The notes under the pieces are model-generated. The model was not told where the DNA came from and did no database searches. It worked only from the letters and a program-made list of their open reading frames with translations. The translations under genes were made by a program, and so were the position numbers. Shown in pieces: positions 1 to 10,711 of a stretch of DNA of 64,000 bases (within the stretch, counting starts at the first letter, position 1; every line of letters begins with the position of its first letter). The DNA is from an uncultured Chloroflexia bacterium (lineage in GTDB: Bacteria; Chloroflexota; Anaerolineae; JAAYZQ01). The stretch spans positions 39,181-103,180 of the forward strand of contig CAVVMX010000045.1 of the NCBI GenBank assembly GCA_963749455.1, written 5' to 3'.

Positions 1-328
1 TTGACGAACAGCGCCCGCCGGCGGCGGGCCAGCCGTTCCAGCTCGGCCAGGACGCGCCCGGCCAGGTCCGCGTCGGTCCAGTCCAGGGCCGGCCCCTTGG
101 GCACGTACAGGATCGCCACCGGCAGGTGGGGCAGCCGGCGCTGCAGGACCGATGCGGCAGCCACCGTCCGGCCGCCCTTCTTCGAAGAGGAAGCGGGCTC
201 GCGCTCCAGCCGTGCTGCGACTTGAACTCGCCCCACGCCCACGATTGCAGAATGTGGGGGTTGGGCAGCGCCAGCAGGGCCCGATCCCAGCCGCCGGGAT
301 CAGTCACCTGGACCTGGACCGTGCGCAT
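1..328 (-). CDS. FemAB-family peptidoglycan aminoacyltransferase, 5' part (runs off window start; frameshifted)
   Basis: Reverse ATG at 328-326 forms an ATGA overlap with the stop of the upstream paralog. It gives MRTVQVQVTDPGGWDRALLALPNPHILQSWAWGEFKSQHGW. The frame breaks near ~200 and resumes as ...AILYVPKGPALDWTD...LERLARRRRALFV, the same conserved blocks as the 328..1434 paralog. Confidence 0.6.
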   Translation of the reverse strand, partial: MRTVQVQVTDPGGWDRALLALPNPHILQSWAWGEFKSQHGWSASPLPLRRRAAGRWLPHRSCSAGCPTCRWRSCTCPRGRPWTGPTRTWPGASWPSWNGWPAAGGRCSS

Positions 329-1434
329 CAGCCGCCTGCCTCTCCTCCGGGCGGGGATACCCTGCCCGCACTGCTGCCATCCGCGCCCCGATGCGAAATC
401 AGGCGGGCCTGCAATCGAAGCGCGGTGTTGTACAGCCAATAGCGCAGCGGCGCATAGACCAGATCCCAGGCGCCGACCGTCCGCACCAACCGCCCGCCAA
501 ATCCCCGCTTGAAGCGGTACACCCCCCACAGCCCATCGCCGCGCTGCGCAAACTCGGCCTCCAGCGCCGGCTCGTCCTCGTCGGGCACGCCCCACAGGTC
601 GTAGGCGCGGCAGCCGCGCTCCCGGGCCCACAGCATCGCCTCCCACTGCAACAGGTAGCTGGGCATCAGCTCGCGCCCCTCGTCGGCGGACGCCCCGTAC
701 AGGTAGCAGGCCGTATCGCCCAGGGCCACGGCCACCAGCCCGGCCAGCAGCCGGCCCTCATACTCGGCCAGCAGCAGGCGTCCCTGGCCGGCCGGCACGA
801 ACAGACGGTGTGCAGCCTCGTAGTAGGCCTGGCTGTGGATGGCAAAGCCGTCGCGCCGGGCCGTGGCCTCCATCAGCCGGTAGAAGGCAGGCAGGTCTCC
901 CTCGCCGCCAGGCCGGACGGCCACCCCCTTGCGCCCGGCCAGGCGGATGTTGTAGCGGGTCTTTTGTTTCATCCGGGCCAGGATCGCCTCCGGCTCGGCG
1001 TCCAGGTCGACCACGATCGTCCGCCGGGGCTGGATCGGCTGCGGGCTGGGGCGAAAGCCGGCAGCCCGCAGGCGTTCAGCCCGGCCCGGACTGTCCTCCA
1101 GGTCCGGCTCGATCTTGAGGCAGATGGCCCGCCGCCGCCGGGCCAGAGGGCGGATCGCCGCCAGCAAGTCGCGGAGGGCCTGGCCGTCGTCCCAGTCCAG
1201 CAGCGGCCCTTTGGGCACGTAGGCGATGCTGCCCACGCCGCCCGGCAGGGACCGGAAGAGCACCTGGGCGCCGGCCGAGTCCAGGCCAAGCCGCTCGACG
1301 CGCCAGCCAAAGTGGCTCTTCAACTCACCCCACGCCCAGCTTTGCAGGACGTGTCCGCCCGGCGCGGCAGCGACCCGCCCATCCCAGGCGTTCTCATCCT
1401 CTGCCCGATCAAAGGTCTGCACCACAGGTGTCAT
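328..1434 (-). CDS. FemAB-family peptidoglycan bridge-formation aminoacyltransferase
   Basis: ORF 328..1476. The likely start is the internal ATG at 1434 (MTPVVQTFDRAED...). FemAB-like blocks are present: HVLQSWAWGELKSHFGW, IAYVPKGPLLDW, KTRYNIRLAGRKG, ACYLYGAS, YRFKRGFGG. Confidence 0.8.
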   Translation of the reverse strand: MTPVVQTFDRAEDENAWDGRVAAAPGGHVLQSWAWGELKSHFGWRVERLGLDSAGAQVLFRSLPGGVGSIAYVPKGPLLDWDDGQALRDLLAAIRPLARRRRAICLKIEPDLEDSPGRAERLRAAGFRPSPQPIQPRRTIVVDLDAEPEAILARMKQKTRYNIRLAGRKGVAVRPGGEGDLPAFYRLMEATARRDGFAIHSQAYYEAAHRLFVPAGQGRLLLAEYEGRLLAGLVAVALGDTACYLYGASADEGRELMPSYLLQWEAMLWARERGCRAYDLWGVPDEDEPALEAEFAQRGDGLWGVYRFKRGFGGRLVRTVGAWDLVYAPLRYWLYNTALRLQARLISHRGADGSSAGRVSPPGGEAGG

Positions 1435-1504
1435 GGCCCGGATTATATCATGGCTGCTGCTACCAGGGAAATCCACAAATTCTGTAAATCCGCTGTTCTA
1501 TGAC

Positions 1505-1533
1505 TTGCCTTTTGTATCGACTTGTGGCATAAT
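1505..1533 (+). promoter_or_regulatory. sigma-70-like promoter upstream of nuoA
   Basis: TTGCCT-N17-CATAAT with a TG at the extended -10 position. It is followed by the AAGGAGG RBS and the GTG start of nuoA at 1570. Confidence 0.4.
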
Positions 1534-1569
1534 AGCGACCGCTTGAACCCCTGACAAAGGAGGTAGCAC

Positions 1570-1932
1570 GTGCTATCGGATTATAGCTTCATCGGGGTGT
1601 TTCTCGTCGTGGCCATCCTGTTCGGCTTTGTGGCCCTGGGAGTGGCCTGGCTGCTCAGCCCCAGAAAGCCAAACCCCGTCAAGACCAGCACCTACGAGTG
1701 CGGCCTCGAAACGATCGGCGATACCTGGGTCCAGTTCCGCGCCCAATACTACATCTATGCGCTGGTCTTTGTCGTTTTCGACATCGAGGCCGTTTTTCTT
1801 TTCCCCTGGGCGGTCGCCTATGGCACCAAGGGCATCGGCCTGTGGGCCCTGGGCGAAGCGTTCCTGTTCCTGGCCATCCTGACCGTGGGCCTGGTCTACG
1901 CCTGGCGCAAGGGCGCGCTGCGCTGGATGTAG
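1570..1932 (+). CDS. nuoA: NADH-quinone oxidoreductase subunit A
   Basis: 120-aa intact ORF with YECG, FDIE.VFLFPWA and 3 TM helices, typical of NuoA/ND3. Confidence 0.9.
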   Translation: MLSDYSFIGVFLVVAILFGFVALGVAWLLSPRKPNPVKTSTYECGLETIGDTWVQFRAQYYIYALVFVVFDIEAVFLFPWAVAYGTKGIGLWALGEAFLFLAILTVGLVYAWRKGALRWM

Positions 1933-1984
1933 CGGCGCGGTCAGAGAGGTCACAGCGAGGAAGGATCAGCGAGAGGAGAAGCAT

Positions 1985-3243
1985 ATGGATTATGTGCTGA
2001 ACCTGTGGGTGAAGCTGGCCACGGAGCCTGTATGAGCTGTTTCGCGGCTGGGGCCTGCCAGAGTGGGGCGCCAAGCTGATCATCGACTTTATCATCATCC
2101 TGATCCTGGTCATCCTGGGGGTGCTGGCGGTCATTGTCCTCACGCCGATGGAGCGCAAGGTGATCGCCCGGATGCAGGATCGGCCCGGTCCGAACCGGGC
2201 CTGGCCCTATGGGCTGAGCCAGGCCTTCGCCGACGCCATCAAGATGCTGACCAAGGAGATGATCCTGCCCCAGCGCGCCGACCGGCTGATCTACACCGCG
2301 GCGCCGATCCTGATCGTCATCCCGGCGCTCATGATCTACGCCGTGCTGCCGTTCGGTCCCCAGGCGGCTGACGCCAAGGTGCAATTGGGCGCGACGAACC
2401 TGAACGTGGGCGTCCTCTATTTCGTGGCCCTCGGCTCGATCGCATCGATCGCCATATTGATGGCCGGCTGGGGCTCGAACAACAAGTTTGCCCTGCTGGG
2501 CGCCTTTCGCGTGGTCAACCAGTTGCTGGCCTACGAAGTGCCGATGATCCTGTCGCTCCTGGCGGTCGTAGTGCTGACCGGCACCATGTCCACGCAGCGG
2601 ATCGTCGAGGTCCAGTCGATCCCGTACCTGATCGTCATGCCGATCGCCGCCTTGACGTTCCTGGCCAGCGCCATGGCCGAGTTGAACCGTTCCCCCTTTG
2701 ACCTGTTGGAGGCCGAGTCGGAGCTGGTGGCCGGGTACCAGGTGGAGTACGGTGGCATGAAGTTTGCCATGTTCTACATCGCCGAATATGTCAACATCCT
2801 GTCCACCGTCGATCCTGTTTTCAGCCCTGTTCCTGGGCGGCTACAAGTTCTTTGGCCTGGAGAGGGTGGCCCCGGTGCTGACGCCGTTCATCGTGTTTGG
2901 CAAAGCGATGTTGGTCTTCTTTTTCATGCTGTGGACCCGAGGCACCTTCCCCCGCATCCGCCTCGACCAGCTCGTCGGCTTGGCCTGGAAGTTCCTGGTC
3001 CCCCTCAGCCTGGTCAACCTGGTGCTGGTTGCGCTGGTGGTCAAGCTGACGGCCAACACCTGGGCCCAGGCTGGCCTCCTGTTGCTCGGCAACCTCGTCA
3101 CAGTGGCCGTGGCCTTCCTCATCATCATCCTGGTAGAGCGCCGGCAAAAGACCGCCGAGTCTGTTGTGCTGCCCGTCCTGGCCGGCGGGCCAGGGAGCGA
3201 AGCGAAACCTCACCTCTGCGGCAGAAAGGTAAAGAGCCTATGA
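1985..3243 (+). CDS. nuoH: NADH-quinone oxidoreductase subunit H (frameshifted at ~2030 and ~2810)
   Basis: Stitched: MDYVLNLWVKLATEP / ..GLPEWGAKLIIDF..LTPMERKVIARMQDRPGPNR...ELNRSPFDLLEAESELVAGYQVEYGGMKFAMFYIAEYVNI / ..SALFLGGY...FFFMLWTRGTFPRIRLDQL. These are classic NuoH/ND1 motifs. Confidence 0.85.
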
Positions 3244-3737
3244 GCGTGCAGCATGTCGTCTTTATCATCCTGAGCGCGATCGCCCTGATCGGCGCCCTGG
3301 GCGTCGTCCTGAATCGCCGCCTGTTCCGCAGCGCTCTCTTCCTGGTGCTCTCCTTCGTGGGCGTGGCCGGGTTCTACATCCTGCTCGAGGCCGAGCTGCT
3401 GGCGATGATCCAACTGCTGGTCTACGTGGGGGCCATCGCCATTCTGATCATCTTTGCCATCATGCTCTCCCGGCAGGCGATGGCCACCGACGACAAGGTC
3501 CTGAACGAGCAGTGGATTCTGGGTGGGATCGTGGCGGTGGCTCTGTTCGCCGTCCTGGTCTACGTGCTGGTGCAGGTCAATTGGCCGGTTGTCGAGACGG
3601 CGGTACCTGCCAACAGCATTCAGCGCCTGGGCGAGGCCCTGGTGAACCCGAACGGCTTTGTCCTGCCCTTTGAGGTGGCCTCGGTGCTGCTGCTGGTGGC
3701 TCTGGTCGGCGCCGTAATCATCGCCCGCGAAAAGTAA
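3240..3737 (+). CDS. nuoJ: NADH-quinone oxidoreductase subunit J
   Basis: ATGA overlap with the nuoH stop. [23 protein letters not shown]...[24 protein letters not shown]...[16 protein letters not shown], the ND6/NuoJ pattern. Confidence 0.85.
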   Translation: MSVQHVVFIILSAIALIGALGVVLNRRLFRSALFLVLSFVGVAGFYILLEAELLAMIQLLVYVGAIAILIIFAIMLSRQAMATDDKVLNEQWILGGIVAVALFAVLVYVLVQVNWPVVETAVPANSIQRLGEALVNPNGFVLPFEVASVLLLVALVGAVIIAREK

Positions 3738-3750
3738 GGAGGGAACGCCT

Positions 3751-4069
3751 ATGCAAGTCCCATTGTCCTGGTATCTGGTCGTCGCCGCCGCGCTGTTCTG
3801 CATCGGCCTGTACGGCGTGCTCTCCCGGCGCAACGCCATCGGCATCCTGATGGGCGTGGAGCTGATGCTCAACGCCGTGAACGTCAACCTGATCGCCTTC
3901 TGGCGGTACGTCGAGGTGGTGCGGGAGCACGCTGGCCGGCCAGGTGTTTGCCATCATCGTCATCACCGTGGCCGCTGCCGAAGCCGCCGTCGGCCTGGCG
4001 CTGATCATCGCCGTCTACCGCAACCGCCACACGGTCGACGTCGAAGAAGTGGACCTGATGAAGCTGTAG
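3751..4069 (+). CDS. nuoK: NADH-quinone oxidoreductase subunit K (one frameshift near ~3920)
   Basis: [50 protein letters not shown], then a second frame gives ..[43 protein letters not shown]. Confidence 0.8.
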
Positions 4070-4085
4070 AGGAGCGAGGGAGTCG

Positions 4086-6267
4086 ATGACTGCCAATCTC
4101 TTTTTCAACCTGACCTGGCTGATTCCGCTCTTTCCCCTGGCGGCCTTTGCCATCATTGTGCTGTGGACCAACCGCAACCGGCTGCTCAGCACCTGGGTGG
4201 CCTGGATCGGCATTGGGCTGGCGTGGATCCTGGGCTGGATCATCTTCTGGCTGGCCGGGTACTATGCCCAATACCTGACCGCGCCCGGCCGAAAGCTACC
4301 CGGTGCCGCTGTTCAGCATCCCCACCGGCTCCACCGAGCTTCAGGCTGGGCTTTCAGGTGGACACGCTGACCGGCTTGATGCTGTTCATGGTGCCCTTTG
4401 TGTGCCTGATGATCTTTATCTACTCCAAGGGCTACATGAACTATGGCACCAAGGCGGTCGATTCGCGCTACTCCCGCTTCTTCGCCTACATCTCGCTCTT
4501 TGCCTGCGGCATGCTGGGCCTGATCGTGTCCGACAACCTGGTCACGCTGCTCATCTTCTGGGAGCTGATGGGCCTCTGTTCCTACCTGCTCATCGGCTTC
4601 TGGTTCGACAAGAACTACGCCGACCCCAACCGCATCACGCCCAAGCAGGCCGGCCTGAAGGCCTTCCTGACCACCCGCATCGGCGACGTCCTCATGCTGG
4701 CGGGCATGTTGCTGCTCTACGCCCAGACCGGCACGCTGACCTTCCAGCGAGATCTTTGCCGACGAGATGCTGCACAAGCTGGCCACCACCTACGCCTTTG
4801 GCCAGCGTGCCGTGGGCCACGCTGATCGCCATCCTGATCTTTGGCGGGGCGGTGGGCAAGAGCGCCCAGTTCCCGCTGCACGTCTGGCTGCCCGACGCCA
4901 TGGAAGGCCCGACCCCGGTCAGCGCCCTCATCCACGCCGCGACGATGGTCTCGGCCGGCGTCTACCTGGTGGCCCGCACCTTCCCCCTGTTTGTGGCCGT
5001 GGAGGGCGGCACCCAGCTCGCGGTGGTGGCCTTTATCGGCGCCTTCACCGCCCTCTTTGCCGGCACCATCGCCCTCGCCCAGAACGACATCAAGCGGGTG
5101 CTGGCCTATTCGACGATCAGCCAGCTCGGCTACATGATCGCCGCGCTGGGGATCGGGGCCTACGTGGCGGCCGTGTTCCACCTGATCACCCACGCCTTCT
5201 TCAAGGCGCTGCTCTTCCTGGGCTCCGGCTCGGTCATCCACGGCGTGGAGCATGGGCACCATCACGCCGAGCACGCGAGCATGGCCACGAGTCCCACTGA
5301 AGGGGATCGCCGTGGCAGCGAGTTCGACGCCAACGACATGATGAACATGGGCGGCCTGCTGCGGCGGATGCCGCGCACCGGCTGGACCTTCATCGTCGGC
5401 GCGCTGGCGCTGACCGGCATCTTTCCCTGGGCCGGCTTCTGGAGCAAGGACGAGATCCTGGCCGACGCCTGGAACGCCTTCATGCACGGCGGCGAGTTTG
5501 GCGTGGCCAAGTTCTGGCCCTTCTTTGTCTGGCTGATGCTCACCCTGGCGGCCTTCCTGACCGCCTTCTATACCGGCGCGGCAGATCTTCCTGACCTTCA
5601 CCGGCCAGCCCCGCACCGAGGCGGCTCGCCACGCGCCCGGAGAGCGTGCCCAGCATGACCTGGCCGCTCATCATCCTGGCCGTCTTCGCCACCTTCCTGG
5701 GCCTGTTCGGCACGCCGTGGGCCAACCAGTTCTACAACCTGCTCGGCAAGCACGGCACCATCCTGGGCGAGCACATCCCGCACGGCGAGTTCAACCCGCT
5801 CGTCGCCGGCATCTCGCCTGCTGGTGGCTGGCCTGGGCTGGCTCGTTGGCCTGGCTGCTCTACGGCCGCAAGCCGCTGGCCGAGGCGGTGGATCCGCTGG
5901 AAAAGCCGCTGGGCCCGGTCTACACCCTGCTCAAGAACAAGTACTACATCGACGAGCTCTACCAGAAGCTGCATCATCCGTCCGGTCATCGGCCTGGCCA
6001 GCGCCTGCCTTCGCCTTTGACGACCGGTTCGTCATCGACCCGATCGTCGACGGCGTGGGCCGCTTTGGCCGCTGGCTGTCGGAGTGCGCTGAAAAAGGTC
6101 GTGGACAACCCGATCGTGGACGGCGCGGTCAACGGCGTGGGCCGGGTCGACCGCCTGGCTTTGGCGAGTTCATGCGCGCCACCCAGACCGGCCAGGTGCA
6201 GAACTATCTGCTGGTGGCAGCCGTGACGGTTCTGCTGCTGCTGGCCCTGTTCCTGGTGCGCAGCTAG
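4086..6267 (+). CDS. nuoL: NADH-quinone oxidoreductase subunit L (at least ~6 frame breaks)
   Basis: Stitched from ORFs 4086.., 4163.., 4303.., 5646.., 5717.., 5824... Blocks: [98 protein letters not shown]. Confidence 0.85.
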
Positions 6268-6326
6268 CTGACCATGACGAACGGTCGCAACGACGAGTGG
6301 CATTCTGTACATCGAGGAGGAAATAG

Positions 6327-7881
6327 ATGGCGAATTACCTGCTGACCTTCATCACCTTTGTGCCGCTGATTGGGGTGTTGCTGATCCTGCTCATCCCCAA
6401 GGAGGAGGAGCGGACCATCAAGCAGATGTCCATCGGCATCAGCTTCGTCCCGTTGCTGCTGGCGATCTTCCTGTGGTTCGCCTACGACCAGGCAGGCGGG
6501 CGGCATCCAGTTCGAGACGATCGCGGCGTGGATCCCGGCCATCAACGTCAACTACCACGTCGGCGTCGATGGCCTGAGCATCCCGCTCATCTTCCTGACG
6601 ACGCTGCTGACCACGCTGGGCCTGATCTACTCGTCCTACACCATCACCAAGCGGGTCAAGGAGTTCTTCCTGCTCTTCCTGCTGCTGGAGATGGGCATGT
6701 TCGGCGTCTTCATCTCGCTCGACTTGGTCCTGTTCTACGTCTTCTGGGAGATCGGCCTGGTGCCGATGTACCTGCTGATCGGCATCTGGGGCCAGCCCAA
6801 GGACCGGCCCCAGTACTCGGCCATCAAGTTCTTCCTCTACACCCTGGTCGGCAGCGTGGCCATGCTGCTGGCCATCCTGGGCCTCTACTTCTAACCACGG
6901 CACCTTCGACATTGTCAGGCTGTCCACCGAGCTGGGCCGCGACAACCCGGTCTTTCACGGCAACGGCTGGGCGGCGGCGGCCGCCTTCTGGGCCTTCTTC
7001 ATCGCCTTTGCCATCAAGGTGCCCGCTCTGGCCGTTCCACACCTGGCTGCCCGACGCCCACACGGCGGCGCCCACGGCCGGCAGCGTCATCCTGGCCGGC
7101 ATCCTCCTGAAGCTGGGCGGCTATGGCATGCTGCGCATCCTCCTGCCCATCTTCCCCGAGCAGTTCAAGTTCTATACCTGGGACGTGCCGATCATCCCCA
7201 TCCTGGCCCTGATCAGCATCGTCTACGGGGCGCTGGTCTGCATGGCCCAGTGGGACCTCAAGCGGCTGATCGCCTACTCGTCGGTGAGCCACATGGGCTA
7301 CTTTATGCTGGGCCTGGCGGCGGCGGCCGCCGCCTGGGGCAACAGCCGAGCTCGAGCGATGCCGCGGCCATGGCCATCAACGGCGCGGCGCTGCAGATGT
7401 TCAACCACGGCATCATCACCGGCGGCCTGTTCTTCCTGGTCGGCGTCATCTACGAGCGGGCGCACACCCGCGACCTGAAGACTTTCGGCGGGCTGGGCAA
7501 GATGACGCCCTACTACTATGGCATCATGCTGGTGACGGCGCTGGCCAGCCTGGGCCTGCCCGGCCTGGCCGGCTTCTGGGCCGAGTTCTTTGTCTTCCGG
7601 GGCGCCTTCGAGATCATGCCCTGTGTTCGCCGCCATCGGCGTCATCGGCATCGTCGTGACGGCGGCCTACATCCTGTGGAAGATCATCCAGTACGTCTTC
7701 CTGGGCGAGTTCAACCAGGAAAAGTGGGACGAGGTGACCCACGGCGCCAAGCTGACCGACATGCTGACCTTCGAAAAGGTGACGATGTGGCCGCTCGTCC
7801 TGTTCATGATCGGCTTTGGCGTCTTTCCCACGCCGCATCATCAACTTCTTCAACAGCTTTGCCCAGAAGCTCTTTGGCTAG
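6327..7881 (+). CDS. nuoM: NADH-quinone oxidoreductase subunit M (multiple frame breaks)
   Basis: MANYLLTFITFVPLIGVLLILLIP...; fragment 6691..6894 FYVFWEIGLVPMYLLIGIWG; HTWLPDAHTAAPTAGSVILAGILLKLGGYG; LIAYSSVSHMGY; NHGIITGGLFFLVGVIYERAHTRD. Confidence 0.85.
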
Positions 7882-7943
7882 GCGGATCCTGAGCGCGGCT
7901 GTGCCCATGTGGCAGCGCTACGGGAGGTGAGTTTTGATCTCAG

Positions 7944-9435
7944 GTGAACACGTTGCGACTGCTCTCACCCGAACTGATCCTGCTGTTCACCGGCCTGGTG
8001 GTCCTGTGTCGTGGATCTCATCTGGCGGGATCGAGCGCCGGAAAGACCCTGTGGGTGCCGGCCCTGGCGCTCGTCGGGCTGGCGCGCGGCGCTGGCGGCG
8101 ACGATCCTGCTGTGGGGCACGCGATCCGACCACCGTCCTGGCGATGATGGCCGTGGATCCCTTTGCCCTGTTCTTCAAGATCATCGCCATCGCTCACCGT
8201 GGGGCTGGTCGATCCTGGCCGTCGGTGCCCTATCTCCAGGGCCGCACCCCCTACCGCGGCGAGTTCTACGCCCTGCTCGTCTTTGCCGCGCTGGCCATCT
8301 GCCTGGCCTCGTCGGCCATCAACCTGATCTCGGTCTACCTGGCCATGGAGTTCCTGAGCATCACCTCCTACGTGCTGGCCGGCTACCTGCGGGGCGACAC
8401 CAAGTCGAACGAGGCGGGCCTCAAGTACTTTCTGTACGGCGCGGTGACTTCGGCGGTCATGCTGTACGGCATGTCGCTGCTCTACGGCGCAACCGGCACC
8501 ACCAACCTGGCCGGGATCGCCCAGGCCCTGGCCGCCGGCGATCCGGCCTGCAGTGGCTGGCCGTGGCGGCCATCGTCCTGCTGCTGGCCGGCTTTGGCTT
8601 CAAGATCGTGCTGGCCCCCTTCCACCAGTGGGCGCCCGACACCTACGAGGGCGCGCCCACGCCGGTGACCGCCTTCCTGTCGGTCGGCTCCAAGGCGGCC
8701 GGCTTTGCCATCCTGATGCGCGTGTTCCTGACGGCGCTGTCCGACTTCCGCTGCGGACATCGGCTGGATGGCCTTCCTGATGGCCCTGTCCATCATCTCC
8801 ATGATCCTGGGCAACCTGATCGCCCTGCGCCAGACCAACATCAAGCGCATGCTGGCCTACTCCAGCATCGCCCAGGCCGGCTACATCCTCATCGGCTTTG
8901 TCTGCCTGGCGACCGACGTCGAGCAACACCTTCCAGGGCATCAACGGCACCCTGTTCTACCTGTTCGGCTACCTCTTCACCAACCTGGCCGCCTTTACGG
9001 CCGTCATTGCCTTCGAGAATGCCACCGGCTCGACCGACATCGCCGACTATCAGGGGCCTGGTCAAGCGCTCGCCGTTGCTGGCCGGCGTGCTGCTCATCG
9101 CCCTGCTGTCGCTGGCCGGCATCCCGGGGACGGTCGGTTTCCTGGGCAAGTTCTTCGTCTTTGGCGCGGCCATCCAGGTGGGCCTGTGGCAGACCCTGAT
9201 CCTGGCCATCGTCGGCATCGTCACCAGCGTCATCGGCGCTTTCTACTACTTGAACGTCGTGCGCTATATGTTCTTCGAGCCGGCCGACGAAGGGGCTGCC
9301 CCTATCGCCGTGCCGGTCGGGCTCAAGGTTGGGTTGGCCCTGGCGGCGGTGGGCATCCTGCTGATCGGCATCTATCCACAGCCGTTCATCGACCTGGCCA
9401 CCCAGTCGATGCAGATGCTGGCAGCGGCGTTCTAG
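7944..9435 (+). CDS. nuoN: NADH-quinone oxidoreductase subunit N (multiple frame breaks)
   Basis: GTG start [21 protein letters not shown]. Blocks: [105 protein letters not shown]. Ends ...MQMLAAAF*. Confidence 0.85.
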
Positions 9436-9480
9436 CCTGCAACCTGTCAGTCCGACAATCGTATAGGTACGAGAGCAAAA

Positions 9481-9519
9481 GAAACCCGGTTTCATCGGCC
9501 GCATGGGAAACCGGGTTTC
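9481..9519 (+). terminator. 13-bp stem hairpin after nuoN
   Basis: GAAACCCGGTTTC (9481-9493) pairs with GAAACCGGGTTTC (9507-9519). An A-run precedes it and TTTCT follows. The U-tract is weak. Confidence 0.4.
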
Positions 9520-9547
9520 TGACAAAAGAGGGTTGAAGGGAGGTTAC

Positions 9548-9751
9548 ATGGACGATAGACCTGGGTGCTTGGGCGGACTGCTGCGACTCACCATCATAAC
9601 AGCAGCTTTCGACTGGCTGCAGAAGCGCTTTGGCTTTGGACGCGGAGTGTCGTGCAGCGGCTGCGGCTGCGGCGTGATTCTGCTGCTCATCTTTATCGTG
9701 CTGGTGTGCGGCACCTGCTCCGGCACCAATTGGTTCGACTTCTCATTCTAA
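9548..9751 (+). CDS. small Cys/Gly-rich membrane protein, hypothetical
   Basis: ORF 9503..9751. The likely start is ATG 9548, after GAAGGGAGG. MDDRPGCLGG...CSGCGCGVILLLIFIVLVCGTCSG. No family recognised. Confidence 0.4.
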   Translation: MDDRPGCLGGLLRLTIITAAFDWLQKRFGFGRGVSCSGCGCGVILLLIFIVLVCGTCSGTNWFDFSF

Positions 9752-9755
9752 GCAA

Positions 9756-9796
9756 GAACCCCGGTTCCTCACTCAGGGAACCGGGGTTCTTCTTTG
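9756..9796 (+). terminator. rho-independent terminator between convergent genes
   Basis: GAACCCCGGTTCC (9756-9768) / GGAACCGGGGTTC (9777-9789), followed by TTCTTTG. Confidence 0.55.
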
Positions 9797-9798
9797 TC

Positions 9799-10496
9799 CT
9801 AGTCGCCGCCGCCGGCCTCCGGATCAGGATGAAGAAAGTAGTAGAGCAGCGTCGACAGGGACTGGGCCAGGGCCGCCACGTAGGTCAATGCTGCCGCATT
9901 CAAAACCGCTTTCGTCTGCTGCAGCTCTTGCCCGTTGGCCAGTTGGTAATTCTCGAGCATCTGCTGGGCCCGCTTGCTGGCGTTGAGCTCGACCGGCAGG
10001 GTCACCAGGGCAAAGACGGCCGTGCCGGCAAAGAGGAAGCAGGCCGATCCAGGCCACCGTGGTCGACCCGGTGTAGGTGCACAGCAGGAGGCCGACGAGA
10101 AAGACGATCGGCCCCAGCCAGGAGCCGATGTTCACGATCGGCACCAGCCCGGCCCGCAGCCGCAGCGGGCTGTAATTGGTCGCGTCCTGGGTGGCGTGGC
10201 CTATCTCGTGGGCGACAATGCCCAGGGCTGCTACGGACGGGCTGTTTGCTACCCCGCTGGACAACCTCAGGACGTCCTTGCCCGGATCGTAGTGGTCGGT
10301 GAGCGTGCCTGACGTCCCTTCCAACCTGATGTGGTCCAGCCCGGCGCTGCGCAGCAGGATGCGGGCGGCTTCCTGGCCCGTAATCCCCCGTGCGTTTGGC
10401 ACCTGACTGTAACGGCTATAAGTCGACTTGACCTTCCACTGAGCATACAATGCCAGCAGCAGGGCCGGCAGGGCAATGATCAAAGTAGGTCAACAT
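9799..10496 (-). CDS. YugP-type zinc metallopeptidase (frame breaks near ~10040 and near the start)
   Basis: ..IIALPALLLALYAQWKVKSTYSRYSQVPNARGITGQEAARILL...GIVAHEIGHATQD. The C-terminus continues in ORF 9799..10005 (LPVELNASKRAQQML...). HExxH motif and the membrane topology of the Zn_peptidase_2 family. Confidence 0.75.
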
Positions 10497-10711
10497 CTTG
10501 TCTTCACCTCTATTACCGCTGTGAATTCGAGGGTTCTCTTGAGCACCATCGCCTTCATGACACCCACCTGCGGCAGATTGTCATAATCACATTCGCACGG
10601 CCCACCTTGGGCGCAGCCAGGGCAACAATAGGCCTTGCCGTCCACGATGGTGGGCTGCCAGCGGATGGCGATCCCACAATTGGCGCAAACCGGAGGCTTC
10701 GCATGGTGCAT
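10490..10711 (-). CDS. small Cys-rich putative metal-binding protein
   Basis: MHHAKPPVCANCGIAIRWQPTIVDGKAYCCPGCAQGGPCEC... The CxxC ... (Y/F)CCxGC pattern resembles the N-terminal metal-binding domain of cation-transport ATPases (FixI/CcoI-type). A TGGTATAAT box and GGAACAGGGAG RBS lie just upstream of the ATG at 10711. Confidence 0.5.
   Translation of the reverse strand: MHHAKPPVCANCGIAIRWQPTIVDGKAYCCPGCAQGGPCECDYDNLPQVGVMKAMVLKRTLEFTAVIEVKTRC

Noticed and set aside
391-1503. 370-aa plus-strand ORF opposite the FemAB gene. Similar long antisense ORFs occur at 12219..13475, 14516..15421, 26790..28049, 33416..34624, 37164..38528, 49708..51261, 53949..56039, 56236..57714 and 57740..59254.
   Set aside because: They are Arg/Gly/Pro/Ala-rich shadow ORFs, typical of high-GC DNA. 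Each lies opposite a gene with clear family motifs, and none shows recognisable domains or an RBS.
1985-9435. Programmed ribosomal frameshifting or recoding as the explanation for the broken nuo genes and others.
   Set aside because: There are too many breaks, in unrelated genes and in both +1 and -1 directions, and I saw no slippery heptamers or stimulatory structures. Indel errors are far more parsimonious.
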